A stretch of 64,000 bases of DNA, taken from Paramoeba atlantica. Taxonomy: Eukaryota; Protista; Discosea. This document shows, piece after piece, positions 33,800 to 46,223 of this stretch. Positions within the stretch are counted from its first letter, which is position 1. Every line of letters starts with the position of its first letter. The notes below the pieces were generated by a model that was not told where the DNA came from, did no database searches, and worked only from the letters and a program-made list of their open reading frames with translations. The translations under genes and the position numbers were made by a program. The stretch spans positions 558,001-622,000 of the forward strand of contig CDRNVI010000004.1 of the NCBI GenBank assembly GCA_977017575.1, in the 5' to 3' direction.

Positions 33800-34873
33800 T
33801 AATTGTCAATGTCGTATTTACCGGTCGAGCAGAAAATTTGGTCCACTTTTATTTGGCCCCAATAAATTTGGTCCACATAAATTTTGGTCCGACTTTATTT
33901 TTCTTTCGGCGGCGGTCCAAAATACTTTTTGACTTTATTGTCAGTCGTTTTCAACGTTTAGAACTCGTCATTAGAAATTTTTACTTCTTTCAATCGACAC
34001 TTCGTTTTTTAGTCTTCGTGTAATGTCTCAGTCTGTTGAATGGGTGCAGAAAATCTTTGATCAAGATATTTACTCTACGCACGTAGGGTCATCACTATAA
34101 GGTGAGGCTGAAGTTAGAGCAATTTAAGAATTGTGTGTGACACGAAAGGTTGCAAGTGTTGTGAGCTACTGGAATAGCACACAAAGCAAAAACAATCTAA
34201 AAGTACGGTCCTTCATTTTCTGGAAAACGAAAAATCTAATAACGATATCAAGCCTCGAGGGAGGCCAAGAAAATATATCTTTTTTGTTTCAATGCACGAA
34301 AAATTTGGCCCCAATAATTTTGGTCCACATAAATATTGGTCCGACTTTTTTTTCGAACTCGAAGGACCAAATTAAAAAAATGTCAATTTTTTTGCTCGAT
34401 CGGTACTCTTGGGAAGAGTTTCGAAGTCCTACAAAATTTGTGATTTTTCGCTCCCTTGGAGGACGATGTCGAGACGTTAGGCTTTCTTCAGACACTTCCA
34501 ATATTTGTTTATGATGCTGAGCTTCAATGCGGTTGGCTGATAGAGGGGGGTGACTGGGGGGAACACGAAGCTCGTAGGCGATGTTACCGACCGATGCCTT
34601 TCTGGGGTCAGTGTTCCCAACCTGGAACGACGGCGATTCCGCTTTCCAAATTGAGTTGGTTGAATTTGCGCTTTAGAACAGGGAGAAATCGTTGCAGGTA
34701 GAATTCAATTAAAAGCTTCAATTAAAAAAATTGATCACTAAACTCCAAAATCCAGAGGGGAGCTATGTTGTCCACCCCTGTTCACGATAACATACCCCCC
34801 GGTATGTTATCGTGTTACAGGTATGTTATCCCGGCCCCCCGTTTAATAAACAATGTTAATATAATTTATTTTA

Positions 34874-34968
34874 GGCTCTTCGTTAAACGTGGTGGTTATT
34901 TTCAACTTCGAAGTCACTCATGCTGCGCGCTTCGCGTTGAAAACCACCTCCGCGTTTAACGAAGAGCC
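34874..34968. mobile_element. ~95-bp hairpin MITE, copy 2
   Basis: TA-GGCTCTTCG...CGAAGAGCC-TA. Confidence 0.8.
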
Positions 34969-35145
34969 TAAAAAGGAAAAATTGCCCAAGCAGTATGAAT
35001 AATCTATTTTTTCGGGTAAAAAAGCTTTAGTTTAAAAATCTTTATTGTAAATATTTCTTCTCCTGTGTCGTAGGAAGACTTTTCTTGCTAAATATGGATT
35101 TTAAAACTAAACTATTTGTTGAACATTATTTTTGAGTCCAGTATA

Positions 35146-35883
35146 CAGGGGTGCAAATCAGATGTTGGGGGGGTCTAAAATTAGCAATGTTTGCGCAATT
35201 TTGGAAAATAATAGCGCATTCGAGAGCTCTCGCAGAGATCTATGTTTTGGCGCTATTATCACGTTAAAAGAAAACAAATTTGAAAAAGATACTTTTTTTA
35301 AAGGTTTTTTACCCCCCTAAAAGTTACAGCTCACTATTATGCCGCAAAAGCGATCCCGCACTAAGCAAAAGAGTAAAAGCTTATCTGATAGATCACATGA
35401 ATCCCCGGGGAACACAAAATATTCACACAGGATGCTTCTCGTTAAAGATTACGAGAATACAAACTCCTACAGTGCCACTTGCCAAAGACAAGGCGTCCAC
35501 GACAGCACTGTTAAGTTGTGGGTTAAGCGATTTGAGGAAACCGTGGATGTTCTATTGAAAAGGCGGTTGATTACATTAAAACAGATGGTCATGACATGCT
35601 CATAAACTCTTTAAACAGCATGCCGCGGCGTTTCGACAACAGTAGTAGAAAAAAAAGGGGAAAGTTGTAATTATTGAACGTACAAAAATTTTCATTCATT
35701 TTTTGCTTTTTGACGTTTTTGGGCTTCTCCTCAGTTGACCACCCCCTTACACCCCGGGAAACCGTCTATCCAAATACATAGATCTCTGCGAGAGCTCTCG
35801 AATGCGCTATTATTTTCCAAAATAATAAATTGCGCAAACATTGCTAATTTTAGACCCCCCCCAGAATCTGATTTGCACCCCTG
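35146..35883 (+). mobile_element. Internally deleted Tc1/mariner element with ~105-bp TIRs
   Basis: TA-CAGGGGTGCAAATCAGA...TCTGATTTGCACCCCTG-TA. Residual HTH: ATCQRQGVHDSTVKLWVKRFEET. Confidence 0.85.
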
Positions 35884-36223
35884 TATGTTTTCAATACTCC
35901 TTGTTGTATAAATAAATTGAACAACGTATCGAATAAATCGTGCCTAAATCTGATGATAACCCATGTAAGAGTATGTACCTTGAATTAAAAAATAGTAAGC
36001 GTACGAAGATACTGTCCATGTAATAAAGCTATAAAAAAACTAAGCGCTGCTCATTTAACAACTAGGCGCCAAGAAACGAAAACACAACTAGTTTGCGATA
36101 AACATTGCAATCAACTAAAAACTTTGAGAAACAATTAGGAAGAACATACAAATCGTATATCATAACGCATGCCAATGACTAAGAAACATCCTTTTTGTCG
36201 AAAATAAAAAGCCGTCTGTAAGC

Positions 36224-37147
36224 TTAGTGTTGACTATTTCCGGGTCGCACCTTCCCCTTGTCCCGATTGAGAGTGCGCAGGACACTGGCCTCGGGAACAC
36301 GGCACTCAGTTATGCGATGCCCCCGCTTTCCGCAATGCCGACACGTGTCCTCCGGGGCATTTGGAAAAGGCCAGGTTTTCTTAACGCTCATCCCTCTCAG
36401 TGGAACTTGACTGGCGATAGACTGAGGGCGGGGAACGAAAGACTGAGGGCGGGGACCAGAGAAACACTCATGGGGGACTCGCTTTGTTTGCTGCTGCGCA
36501 CCAGTAATGATACTGAGCGCTCGCGTGTGTCCCGCAAGAAAGGAGACGATCGACTTGTTTGACCGTTCTGATGCGTCGTCGAGCATTAGTTTCACCAGGG
36601 TTTCGGCTGGCACGTGGGCATTTTCGTGCGCCAGCTGATAGGACAGGAGAACGCCCCCCAGCTTACAAAGGAGGGTCCAAACTCCAAGACGAACTCCTTC
36701 TGAATCCAAGGAGGTGAGCCGCGAATCCGGGGGGAATTCGGAGACCAGCTTCGCATAGTAAACTGAGTCTGGGAGGGTGCCGACGGCGTTACGCACAGCC
36801 TCCTTGACCCGTGGCGTGAGCCAAGTCGCAGCGCTAAACCCAGTTTGGGTAAGACACTGATGCAGCGCTTCAGAACAACGGGGATCCTCCTGTGTTCCTA
36901 CAACGGAACGAAAAGCCTCTTGCATATTCTTGGGCAGGCGGCCCACCTTATGCTGGTCGTCTGCTTGGGGAGCTACAGATTGAGAACTAGGGGCAGTGAG
37001 GGCGCCCTCGTGAACACACAGCTGATCGCGCAAAGCCACAAGAACCGCTTGAGAAACATCACGCGAAGAAACGTTCCCACTTTTGAGAGCAGTTACGGTG
37101 CGGATGATCACTTGTGCGCCGCGTGTCTCCATCTCCAGCCGTTGCAT
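36224..37147 (-). CDS. CCHC zinc-knuckle (gag-like) ORF, copy 2
   Basis: CRHCGKRGHRITEC; homologous to 14547-15353. Confidence 0.65.
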   Translation of the reverse strand: MQRLEMETRGAQVIIRTVTALKSGNVSSRDVSQAVLVALRDQLCVHEGALTAPSSQSVAPQADDQHKVGRLPKNMQEAFRSVVGTQEDPRCSEALHQCLTQTGFSAATWLTPRVKEAVRNAVGTLPDSVYYAKLVSEFPPDSRLTSLDSEGVRLGVWTLLCKLGGVLLSYQLAHENAHVPAETLVKLMLDDASERSNKSIVSFLAGHTRALSIITGAQQQTKRVPHECFSGPRPQSFVPRPQSIASQVPLRGMSVKKTWPFPNAPEDTCRHCGKRGHRITECRVPEASVLRTLNRDKGKVRPGNSQH

Positions 37148-37711
37148 AAGCTTCTTCTAACAAGGGAGTAATTGACATGGGATTTTACAAACGCAATGGC
37201 GGCTGGGAGAAGCTGAACAAGCTTCTCTTTTATCATTAATCGCATGCGCTTCATGGAGCATAGATCAAGAAACGCAGCGCGGCCCTCAGAAAGCGTGCTT
37301 TCAGTGGGTACAACTTCAGGAATGGCGTCACCCATATCGCAATACCATTTGAGGTGCCAAAACAGGCGACAGAGGGCATAATCTTCCTGTTCTCCCCTCC
37401 TTTCACAATTTCTTTGGCGAACCTCAACCGAGTATCTCGCGCTTCTTCCCCACCACCAAGCGTCACTGCGAGAAAGTACAGCTGTACGCAAAAAAATGTC
37501 AGAAAAACACTTAACAATGCACGTAAAATATGATAAGGCAACATTTAGAACACATAAACAATTTTACAAAAAAAAGTGTTCTTTATGTGAAATAATGCTT
37601 CACTTTCACCAAATTTGGAAACAAAAACACTTTATTCAAAGTATTTCTTCATGCTTGAAAACTTTTTAGAAATTTATTCCGCATACTTCCACTTTTCATT
37701 GATTCATAAAC

Positions 37712-38323
37712 ATGTCAGACCGTGTGGCACATCGAGTTCGTGGTGCAGAATTACCACAAGAGTACACGCTCGCTCTCTTTCTTAAAGCGTTTCCCAATCC
37801 TCTAGAATCATGGACTACGCACACCCCCGCGTGTGAGTGGGAGCGTGTGAAATGTGACGAAACAAACAATGTCGTAAGACTCGAATGGGGTCTCCTTGGT
37901 CTTTCTGGTGAGTTCCAATGGTCTTCTCTACCGAACTCTTTGTTGCATTTGAATATGAGGTCCGGATTTTTTCGTTTTGATGAAATTCCGCACGTTGATT
38001 TTGCATCATTACCACGAGGTCTCTTAGAACTAATTCTCTCTGATTTGGGTATCAGTGGATCCCTTGAAGTAAGCAATCTTCCTCCTTCGCTTCGCGTATT
38101 GAATCTCAACGGAAACAACATACAAGGTAGCGTGAATTTTACCGCTCTGCCAGAAACAATGATAGAGATCGACCTTAGCCGCAATCCTATTCAAGGAGTA
38201 CCTGATTTTTCGAAACTTCCTCATGGCCTACAACGGCTTACGATCTACGATACGGAACTAACTTTTCCTTCTGGATCCCTTCCTTCTTGTGTTCTAACCT
38301 TCAGTCCCTATTGCTTTAGGTAA
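37712..38323 (+). CDS. LRR family member 4
   Basis: Near-identical N-terminal half to 25582-26190. Confidence 0.85.
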   Translation: MSDRVAHRVRGAELPQEYTLALFLKAFPNPLESWTTHTPACEWERVKCDETNNVVRLEWGLLGLSGEFQWSSLPNSLLHLNMRSGFFRFDEIPHVDFASLPRGLLELILSDLGISGSLEVSNLPPSLRVLNLNGNNIQGSVNFTALPETMIEIDLSRNPIQGVPDFSKLPHGLQRLTIYDTELTFPSGSLPSCVLTFSPYCFR

Positions 38324-39242
38324 TTTAAGCTACTATGTATTAAACTTTCCGTTCCGCGTTAATGTGCCTATACTCCACCTCTCATTAATAATTATAAACT
38401 TCTAGAAAAATTAAAAGGTCGACTCAACTTTCGCTCAGGATAAGCATCCTTTCGCCTCTGTGCGCATCCGCGCTGTGATAAACCAAATCAATTGGTGATT
38501 TTAAAGGTTATTTTAAGGCGGTTTATTGGTTGATTTGTTAACTAACTGTTGGGGTATGAAGCATTATACATTGTATGTATTCTGCTTCTGTCCTTGACTT
38601 GAACATTGAATTTTTTGAGATTTTCCATGCATCCGTTGACTACGAGTAGTAAATAATATTTTCTTGATTTGTTAACTAACTGTTGGAGTATGAAGCATTT
38701 ACATCGCATGTATTCTGCTTCTTTCCTTGTCTTGAGCTTTGAATTTCTTGAGATTTTCCATACGTTCGTTGACTACGATTAGTAAATAATATTAGTAACT
38801 AGCCTTCCAAGAAGTAGTATCTCTAGTATGTAATAATCTCTTTCAAGCGCGAGATCTCGTTCTCGTCGGACCACACTAATGGTGCCCAATGGCTTTCGGA
38901 CGCGCTTCCTGCCCTTGTGCCCGAAACTTTTCATCGAAACGCGGATGGGCTGTGGAACGACATCCGCAACACCCTCTTGACGCAGTTGCGATGTGACCGT
39001 AGGGATCACTCCCCTTTTCCCCAAGTTCCTCCCCAGGGATCCCCCATGTCCAAAGATCCCCTCGTCTCAAAGCGCGAGATCTGTGAAATGGAACTCATGG
39101 AAACCCCGCTATCATAAAGTTCCGCAATTCGTGTTTTTATGTACCGTGTTGTGGACCTCATGGAAAAAAAGAAAATTCGGATTAATTTTAATTTGCATCA
39201 TACCGTAGAAACGGAAATTAAGGTAAACAAAAGATAAATAAA

Positions 39243-39698
39243 TTTGTTGAACGGAATCGATTTACGCCGAAATTTGAAATGGAATTCCCATCTCGTGAGC
39301 AAAGGCACATCGTTGTTTTAGTGTTGGATACGGGTGAGGGACTGACGGAGTTGCTAAAGGTGCCCGCAAAGAACGCTTGGGGCACCATGGCACTCTATGT
39401 TTTGTCTAATGATTTGCTGCAAGATGTGCAGCTGAGAAATCTCTTGAGAGAATGTTATCTTTATGGATTCAGACTTCGAAAGTCGTACTTAATTAGTCCG
39501 TATCATAAGCCACAGACGAGCGCAATTTTAGAACTCATGAAGTGAGAATGAGACTTGTGATTTCGTCGAATAATGTTCTTATAGGTAAGAAATACAACAC
39601 ATATTTTTTGTTGCCTGTTTAATCCTAACTAAGATCAAGATCTAAGGAAATGATGGGTTACAAACAACCAACCACAACGTTATTATTCTAATTTTAGG
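39243..39698 (+). pseudogene. Duplicated 3' end and 3' flank of the 29135-31417 gene
   Basis: Aligns with 31116-31568 with few substitutions; no 5' part. Confidence 0.85.
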
Positions 39699-39744
39699 TA
39701 TCCTAATTTTACATTTTTCCTTCTGTTCGCCTTACGCGTTGATA

Positions 39745-40695
39745 ATGATTTTACCCTCACAGCTGTCTGATATTACACCTCCCGCACCAAAGCGGCGAAA
39801 GAGGGGAATCGTCGCAAATAAAGTACACACGACGACGTTACCTCAAGAATACGGACTTGTACGACTCACGTCAAGCATCAAACGCCCACTTCCATCATGG
39901 GAAGTAACGACCCCGGCATGCGAGTGGGAACGAATCACATGTGATGATAAAGGGCAAGTTGTTCATATATTTTGGCGGGATTCCAATTTAGAGGGAACTA
40001 TTCATTGGAAATATTTGCCAGAGTCCTTACTTAATTTCGACTGTTCAAGTTGTGGATTCGGTGGTCAGGTCAGTTTTGCGGACTTTCCTCCTCAACTTCA
40101 TCTGCTTGATTTTCAAACAAACCTATTCTCCGGGACTTTGGATTTAGAAAAATTACCTCATTCCCTGTATGAAATGTATTTCAGCGAAAATCGCTTCCAA
40201 GGAAGTATAAATTTGGCCTACTTGCCAGCATCTTCCTCCATTGTTGCAGTGGCGTACAATAGGCTATCTGGTCCCGTTAATTTGCAACATCTTCCAGAGG
40301 GCTTGACAGAACTGTGGTTGGAAAACAATTATTTTGAGGGTAGTGTTGATCTAGATAAGCTTCCATTGACAATGGAACAAATAAGTCTGTGTCACAACCA
40401 GTTTAGTGGCGCAGCAAACCTCTCAAACTTGCCATCCACTCTGTATTCGGTAAATCTTGCTTATAATGCGTTCACGGGAACACCCGATCTAAGGCATTTA
40501 CCCTCCGCTCTGCAAGAGCTCAGGCTTGATAATAATGAATTCAGTGGTCACGTGTATTTTGATCGAATTCCAGAGGAATTGGCCGACTTAACGTTGCACG
40601 ACAATAAACAATTGGAGGGAAACGTTACGCCTGAGTGTTTGTCATTGAATATTTCATATAAAAGGAACACAAAAATTCGTACTTCTTCCTTGTAG
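39745..40695 (+). CDS. LRR family member 5
   Basis: KVHTTTLPQEY, TPACEWERITC, about nine LRRs. ATG at 39745. Confidence 0.85.
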   Translation: MILPSQLSDITPPAPKRRKRGIVANKVHTTTLPQEYGLVRLTSSIKRPLPSWEVTTPACEWERITCDDKGQVVHIFWRDSNLEGTIHWKYLPESLLNFDCSSCGFGGQVSFADFPPQLHLLDFQTNLFSGTLDLEKLPHSLYEMYFSENRFQGSINLAYLPASSSIVAVAYNRLSGPVNLQHLPEGLTELWLENNYFEGSVDLDKLPLTMEQISLCHNQFSGAANLSNLPSTLYSVNLAYNAFTGTPDLRHLPSALQELRLDNNEFSGHVYFDRIPEELADLTLHDNKQLEGNVTPECLSLNISYKRNTKIRTSSL

Positions 40696-40840
40696 AATTT
40701 CATTCCTCGGCAAAGAACACTTCGACAGAGCTGTAGAACCGTCTTTTTGACAATGTCTGTACAACTCTTAGTTATCAGAAAGCACCACGCGCTGACTACA
40801 CAGACTTCGATGATGCACTTTCGTGATACAGTGAAGTGAA

Positions 40841-41660
40841 GAAAAATTACCTCATTCCCTGTATGAAATGTATTTCAGCGAAAATCACTTCCAAGGAAGT
40901 ATAGATTTGACCTGCTTGCCAGCATCTTCCTCCATTGTTGCGGTGGCGTACAATAGACTATCTGGTCCCGTTAATTTACAACATCTTCCAGAGGGCTTGA
41001 CAGAACTGTGGTTGGAAAACAATTGTTTTGAGGTTAGTGTTGATCTAGATAAGCTTCCACTGACAATGGAACAAATAAGTCTGTGTCACAACCAGTTTAG
41101 TGGCGCAGCAAACCTCTCAAACTTACCATCCACTCTGTATTCGGTAAATCTTGCTTATAATGCGTTCACGGGAACACCCGATCTAGGGCATTTACCCCCG
41201 CTCTGCAAGAGCTCAGGCTTGATAATAATGAATTCAGTGGTCACGTGTATTTTGATCGAATTCCAGTTAAATTGACCGACTTAACGCTGCACAACAATGA
41301 GCAATTGGAGGGAAATGTTACGACTGAGTGTTTGTCATTGAATATTTCATATACAGTAGTGTTCAGCCTCTTTTACCCCCCCCCCTACAGGTCTTGTATT
41401 TTGTTCGATTTTGGAAATATTTTGTATGCGACTGTTTTTCGACCCATTCGTTCCGAATCCGAGGTCCTTTTCACTCGTGGACACCTGTATCATACCTAAA
41501 CCGGAAAAAAAAGTCGTACTTCTTTCTTGTAGAATTTTATTCCTCGGCAAAGATTTGAAAGAAGTGGTCCGCTTTCTTGACCGTGTCTGTACAACTACTA
41601 GTTATCAGAAAGCACCAGGCGCTGACTACACGACTTCGACGATGCACTTTCTTGATACAG
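40841..41660 (+). pseudogene. Tandem partial duplicate of LRR member 5 (3' part plus flank), frameshifted (family member 6)
   Basis: Matches from 40147 onward. A 1-nt deletion near 41195, and a ~134-bp TA-flanked insertion at 41354-41487. Confidence 0.8.
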
Positions 41661-41931
41661 TCTGTGTAACAAGATGCGTAACAATCTGTGTAACTACTGT
41701 ATTTTAGTTAGCAATGTCACCTTTTATATTTAGCAATGTCATCTTTTCTCGAATAGTCGTGACATATAACTATGGGGGCACCCATTTATGTGTTATGATC
41801 AGGGCCACATAACTCCGCACCAGAGAGAATGCGACTTCAGCCGTACAGCTCGAAAACTACTTTTTCGCTTTTTTAGTAAAAAATAGGCCATTTTGGGAGG
41901 AGATTCCACTGTCCAAGAACGGGTATCTTGT

Positions 41932-44056
41932 CATACCCCTGCCGGGTAAATGGGTAATTACCCGGGTCTGCGAGCCAGTTACCCGCACCGACCCGCATTG
42001 ACAGGTTGTCCTAGAAAGCTACATATACATGTATACACCTGTTTGTTGAATCTTGTCATCGGGAAATAAACATGCATCTTTGTTTCGGACCTTATGGTGA
42101 AGTGTTTTATGGCTAAGTAAGAAGTCAATAATCATATTACTCTTGTGTTTGATCGCACTAACTAATCTCTTCTTACCTAAACTTATCTGTACTCATGGCT
42201 CGTCAACGACGATTAGAGCAGACACCTAGCACGCCTGAATTATTTTCGTCATCTGATACTGAAGATGGTAATACCCCTGAGTCAAAAAAAATGAAGCATC
42301 GCGATATTATACGGCACAAAATGACAGTAGAATCCTTATCTGGGCAATTCGTGCTCGTGCGCTGTCCTCCCGGATGCACCCACACACACACAGATATTCT
42401 CACCGATCCTTTGGGCCAAAAGCTTCATTTCATATGTACCAAGGAAGAATGCGCATTTGAATCTCACTCTCCCTATAAAAATGTGTATCACAAGCATCGC
42501 CGCGAGTGCTCAAAATCTCTTGAAAATTCCCGATTGGCACAGGTGGAGAGTGCAAATAATCAGGGAGTAATTGTACAGCGCTTCGTAGGAAAACTACTGC
42601 CATGCTTACAGACCCTAACGAATCTTTCTTCTAATCGGTTTGTCTGGCTCGTGCATAAGTACGAGGATTTACGCCCTGATGTACCTGGAACATTGATAAA
42701 AAGAGCCCTTCCGGAATCAAATTTAAAGAAGTGGCACCACTATTGTGAAGTGCTGTCGCATGACATATGGGGAAAACTTTTTGCCGACGTAGACTCGCGT
42801 AAGCTCTATGGAATTGCCGTAGACGCGGGCATTGACAAGGTAAAGGCTGAACATGTCTTGTTGTCTGTGCTGTACGTTGGGTCAGAAGAGTGTGTCTTAC
42901 CACCGATATATTCTCCAAGGCATCGTGCCTTTGACTGAAAGACGGCAGCTGAGCAGTTGATTTCTACTCTTCTGGCGAACCTTGGTGAAATTCGTTTGCT
43001 CAAAATGAGATACATTATTGCGGACGGCGGTGCTGTAAATCACGTGGCCAGAAACCACTGTGAAGGCGACTCAAGCGAATATACGATCCGATTACACTCA
43101 TTGGTGAGTCTGATACGACTGCGCTGTTGCACGGTATTTCTTCTCGAGTGCCGCGCATTACTCTCCTATCTTGCATCGAACATATGCTAAACAATGTTTG
43201 CCAAACAGCCTTGAAACCATACGAAGAGCTGCCGTGCTTCGCCTTTAAAAAAGCTTTGAGTCAAGCTTTTAAGTGAGATGTTTCCCTCTGTTTGCGAAGC
43301 GGCTACGCACTACGTATGGACGCCTCCCTTAGTTAACAGATGAGATTCGTGGCTGTCTATAATCGGGTACATGTACAGTTCCACACAGGCTTCCTTGGCT
43401 GCTGATGTCGTTTCTCACCAGATCTTTGTACGTGGAAATTGCGACAAATTGGGTTATATTCTTCCGGACGAAGGTGTTTCTCAGGATGGTAGCGATGTTG
43501 AAGTATCTGATGTCGAAGAAGATGAATCTATTATGCAGTAATGATTAATGCATAGTATTTTATTGTTATTAATATGATATTAATGCCATGCATAGTATCA
43601 CAGTATCATACACTGCCGTATAAATGTTTTCTATGTGGTGATTCTTTATAGTTTCACCTTAGTTTGCTAGGACTCGAGGGTAAACTCGACTGGCCAAAAA
43701 AAAATAAATAGAATTGGTACCATCGCGGTGTTAGGGGGTAGGCTTACGGTGGGCCTAGGGGGTTCACACCAAAAAAAGGTAAAAAAAAAATAGATGGGCG
43801 ACAGAAGCAAATCAGTAGAGGGAATTCTTCTTATGAAAGGAATTCCTCATCGCTAAAGATACCGTTTCTGTACATAGAGCATTCCGTGCCAATCCTACGA
43901 ATCAGCACACTTGGGAGGAAATCATTTTGTATTTAATGGCTAGTGCGCCGATGCGGGTCTGTGTGGGTCTATGCGGGTAACTGGGTCACAGACCTGGGTA
44001 ATTTACCCGCACAGACCCGCTAATGGGTAATTACCCATCGACCCGGCAGGGGTATG
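41932..44056 (+). mobile_element. hAT-like DNA transposon with decayed transposase and 6-bp TSD
   Basis: 16-bp TIR CATACCCCTGCCGGGT/ACCCGGCAGGGGTATG, TCTTGT on both sides, ACCCG subterminal repeats. Coding remnants YGIAVDAG, YIIADGGAVN and SCIEHMLN (CxxH). Confidence 0.8.
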
Positions 44057-45332
44057 TCTTGTGAAAACAGCGGCGTAGAAAGCTAGTATAGGTCCTAAAC
44101 TCTCAAAATACATTATGGGAAACAACAATTTTGAAAAAATGAATTTTCGTCAATTTTTCAACGAAGGCGAAATTCTTTTTCTCTAAGAAATGCGAACTTG
44201 GCGGACCCGTCCTGCGGATACGCGGGGGTGTCACCTCCGGGTAGGGGGATGGAAAATGCACGCCAAGACCCCGGTTACCCCTTCTGCGGGTTTGTTACGA
44301 AAATTATTTTTTTCCAAAAACATTTACTCGACCTTGGCCCCCCCTAAGTAGATACACCCCCATGGACTCCCCTCATGGACCCCCCCCTTTTTTGGATTTT
44401 TTCAATTTTTTTGGACCAACCTTTTTATATTTTTCCCCTTATTACTTGTTTTTTTTGGGGGGGTGCTATGGTAAAAATGTACCCTAAAAAGCGATTCTCT
44501 TTTAGACCTTCCTCAGTAATCCCACAACATCTTCGGCTAAGCATGATCTTCTTCTAAGTAAGCATGGTATCGAGGCGCCTAATTTTATGAATTTCAAGTA
44601 CAGTGTAGGTCCGTGATTTTCATGTGCTCAAGGATGTCAGCGGTGGAACCGGTCTAAAAGTTTTCAGGGAAGAAACACACATATCTTGAGAATGCGCACT
44701 CTACTGCGGCTTTCAGGATATGATCTGCGTACTTGGGTTGAAAACACTTGTCTGCGGATCTCACAGTATACGGTACGGTGTCAAAGGCGACAAGGGCTTA
44801 CGGACCGGTGGTTGAATCTATGCGTCCTCTACATAGGTAACCTACATGTACATGTAGCAACCTACATGTATGTAGGTTGCTCCTAAACAGGGCCATGGAC
44901 CAGCCAGAAACGTCGATCAATCTCTCTATGGGGAGGAAACACCAGCAGAGGGTTCCTTCTTCCAGATTATAAGGGGTTCATGCGCCCGCGAACTCGTGGG
45001 CCATACCCAAGGAGTAACATAGGAAGAACGGGGTATGTTCGGCGGGGAGGGGAGTGGGTGGGAGGGGAGTGATCCAACTCCGGTGCCGTCAAACACCCTG
45101 ACCTGTGGTCCGAGAGGACGGGTCGTGGTTGGGGACCATGAGTGTAATCCATAATACTATCGGCCGTTTTCCACGACCTTTGATGTGTCAAATTCTTTTT
45201 TGAATTGTTTTGAAAAATAAAAATGTCGTCAAAAAAATGTCTTTTTATTTTTCGCTGCTTTCGACGGCGATTATACAAAGCCGTTTAAAAATCTCTAATG
45301 ACATTTGTATATCCAATACGAAATCTTACTAC

Positions 45333-46223
45333 ATGTATATGTGCTTCACGACACTAATATATCACGCTCATCTAGCAGATACACAACCGCCCGTGACAAA
45401 GGAACGAAACGAAGGAGACACCACATTAAGTGATAAGGCAAACCCTGAAGCCCGTCGTACGGCGAAGGTACGAGGAGCAAAAATACCACAGGAATATGAA
45501 CTTGCGGGATTTGTTGAAAACATTGAAAATCCGCACCTCTCCTGGAACACTTCCATACCGGCGTGTCAGTGGAATGGCATGAATTGCAATCTTGATGGCT
45601 ATGTGACAGGTATTGACTGGAGTCGACTAGGCTATGAGGGTTTATTACGCTGGGAACGGTTGCCTCATACAGTGATAAAAATTTTGCTGTACGCCAATCA
45701 GTTATCTGGGATTCTTCCGTTCAATGTTTTCCCTAGTGAGCTTTCGTATCTTAATCTAAAGAGTAATTTATTCAGAGGTCAGCTTGAATTTAGTCAGTTA
45801 CCGCATCGATTAGGTGAGATTTATTTGGACCAGAATATGTTTGAAGGGGGGGTAGATTTGTGCCATTTGCCTTTGCGTTTGACGTCGTTGTCAATCTACT
45901 CTATGAATAGCGTTGAAAAGCTTTTTGGTGATGTTGAACTCCATTGTCTCCCTCAAACTATTCGATTTCTTGATTTATCTCGAAACAGATTCAGTGGGAC
46001 CCTTGACCTCCAACATTTGCCTCCTTCCTTGGCATACTTCAGTTGCGAAGACAATTGCTTTAAAGGCTTAGTGCAGCTTTGCAACCTTCCTCCAGGAATA
46101 AGACTACTGATTCTCAATAAGAATGCTGAACTTTACGGTGAGGTTGATTTTAATCGTCTCCCCGCGTCTCTTACACTCAGTATCGAAAACACGAAGATCA
46201 GTGTCACAAATCAGAATGAGTAA
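45333..46223 (+). CDS. LRR family member 7
   Basis: KVRGAKIPQEY, IPACQWNGMNC, LRRs. Start chosen at the first plausible in-frame ATG; uncertain. Confidence 0.85.
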   Translation: MYMCFTTLIYHAHLADTQPPVTKERNEGDTTLSDKANPEARRTAKVRGAKIPQEYELAGFVENIENPHLSWNTSIPACQWNGMNCNLDGYVTGIDWSRLGYEGLLRWERLPHTVIKILLYANQLSGILPFNVFPSELSYLNLKSNLFRGQLEFSQLPHRLGEIYLDQNMFEGGVDLCHLPLRLTSLSIYSMNSVEKLFGDVELHCLPQTIRFLDLSRNRFSGTLDLQHLPPSLAYFSCEDNCFKGLVQLCNLPPGIRLLILNKNAELYGEVDFNRLPASLTLSIENTKISVTNQNE

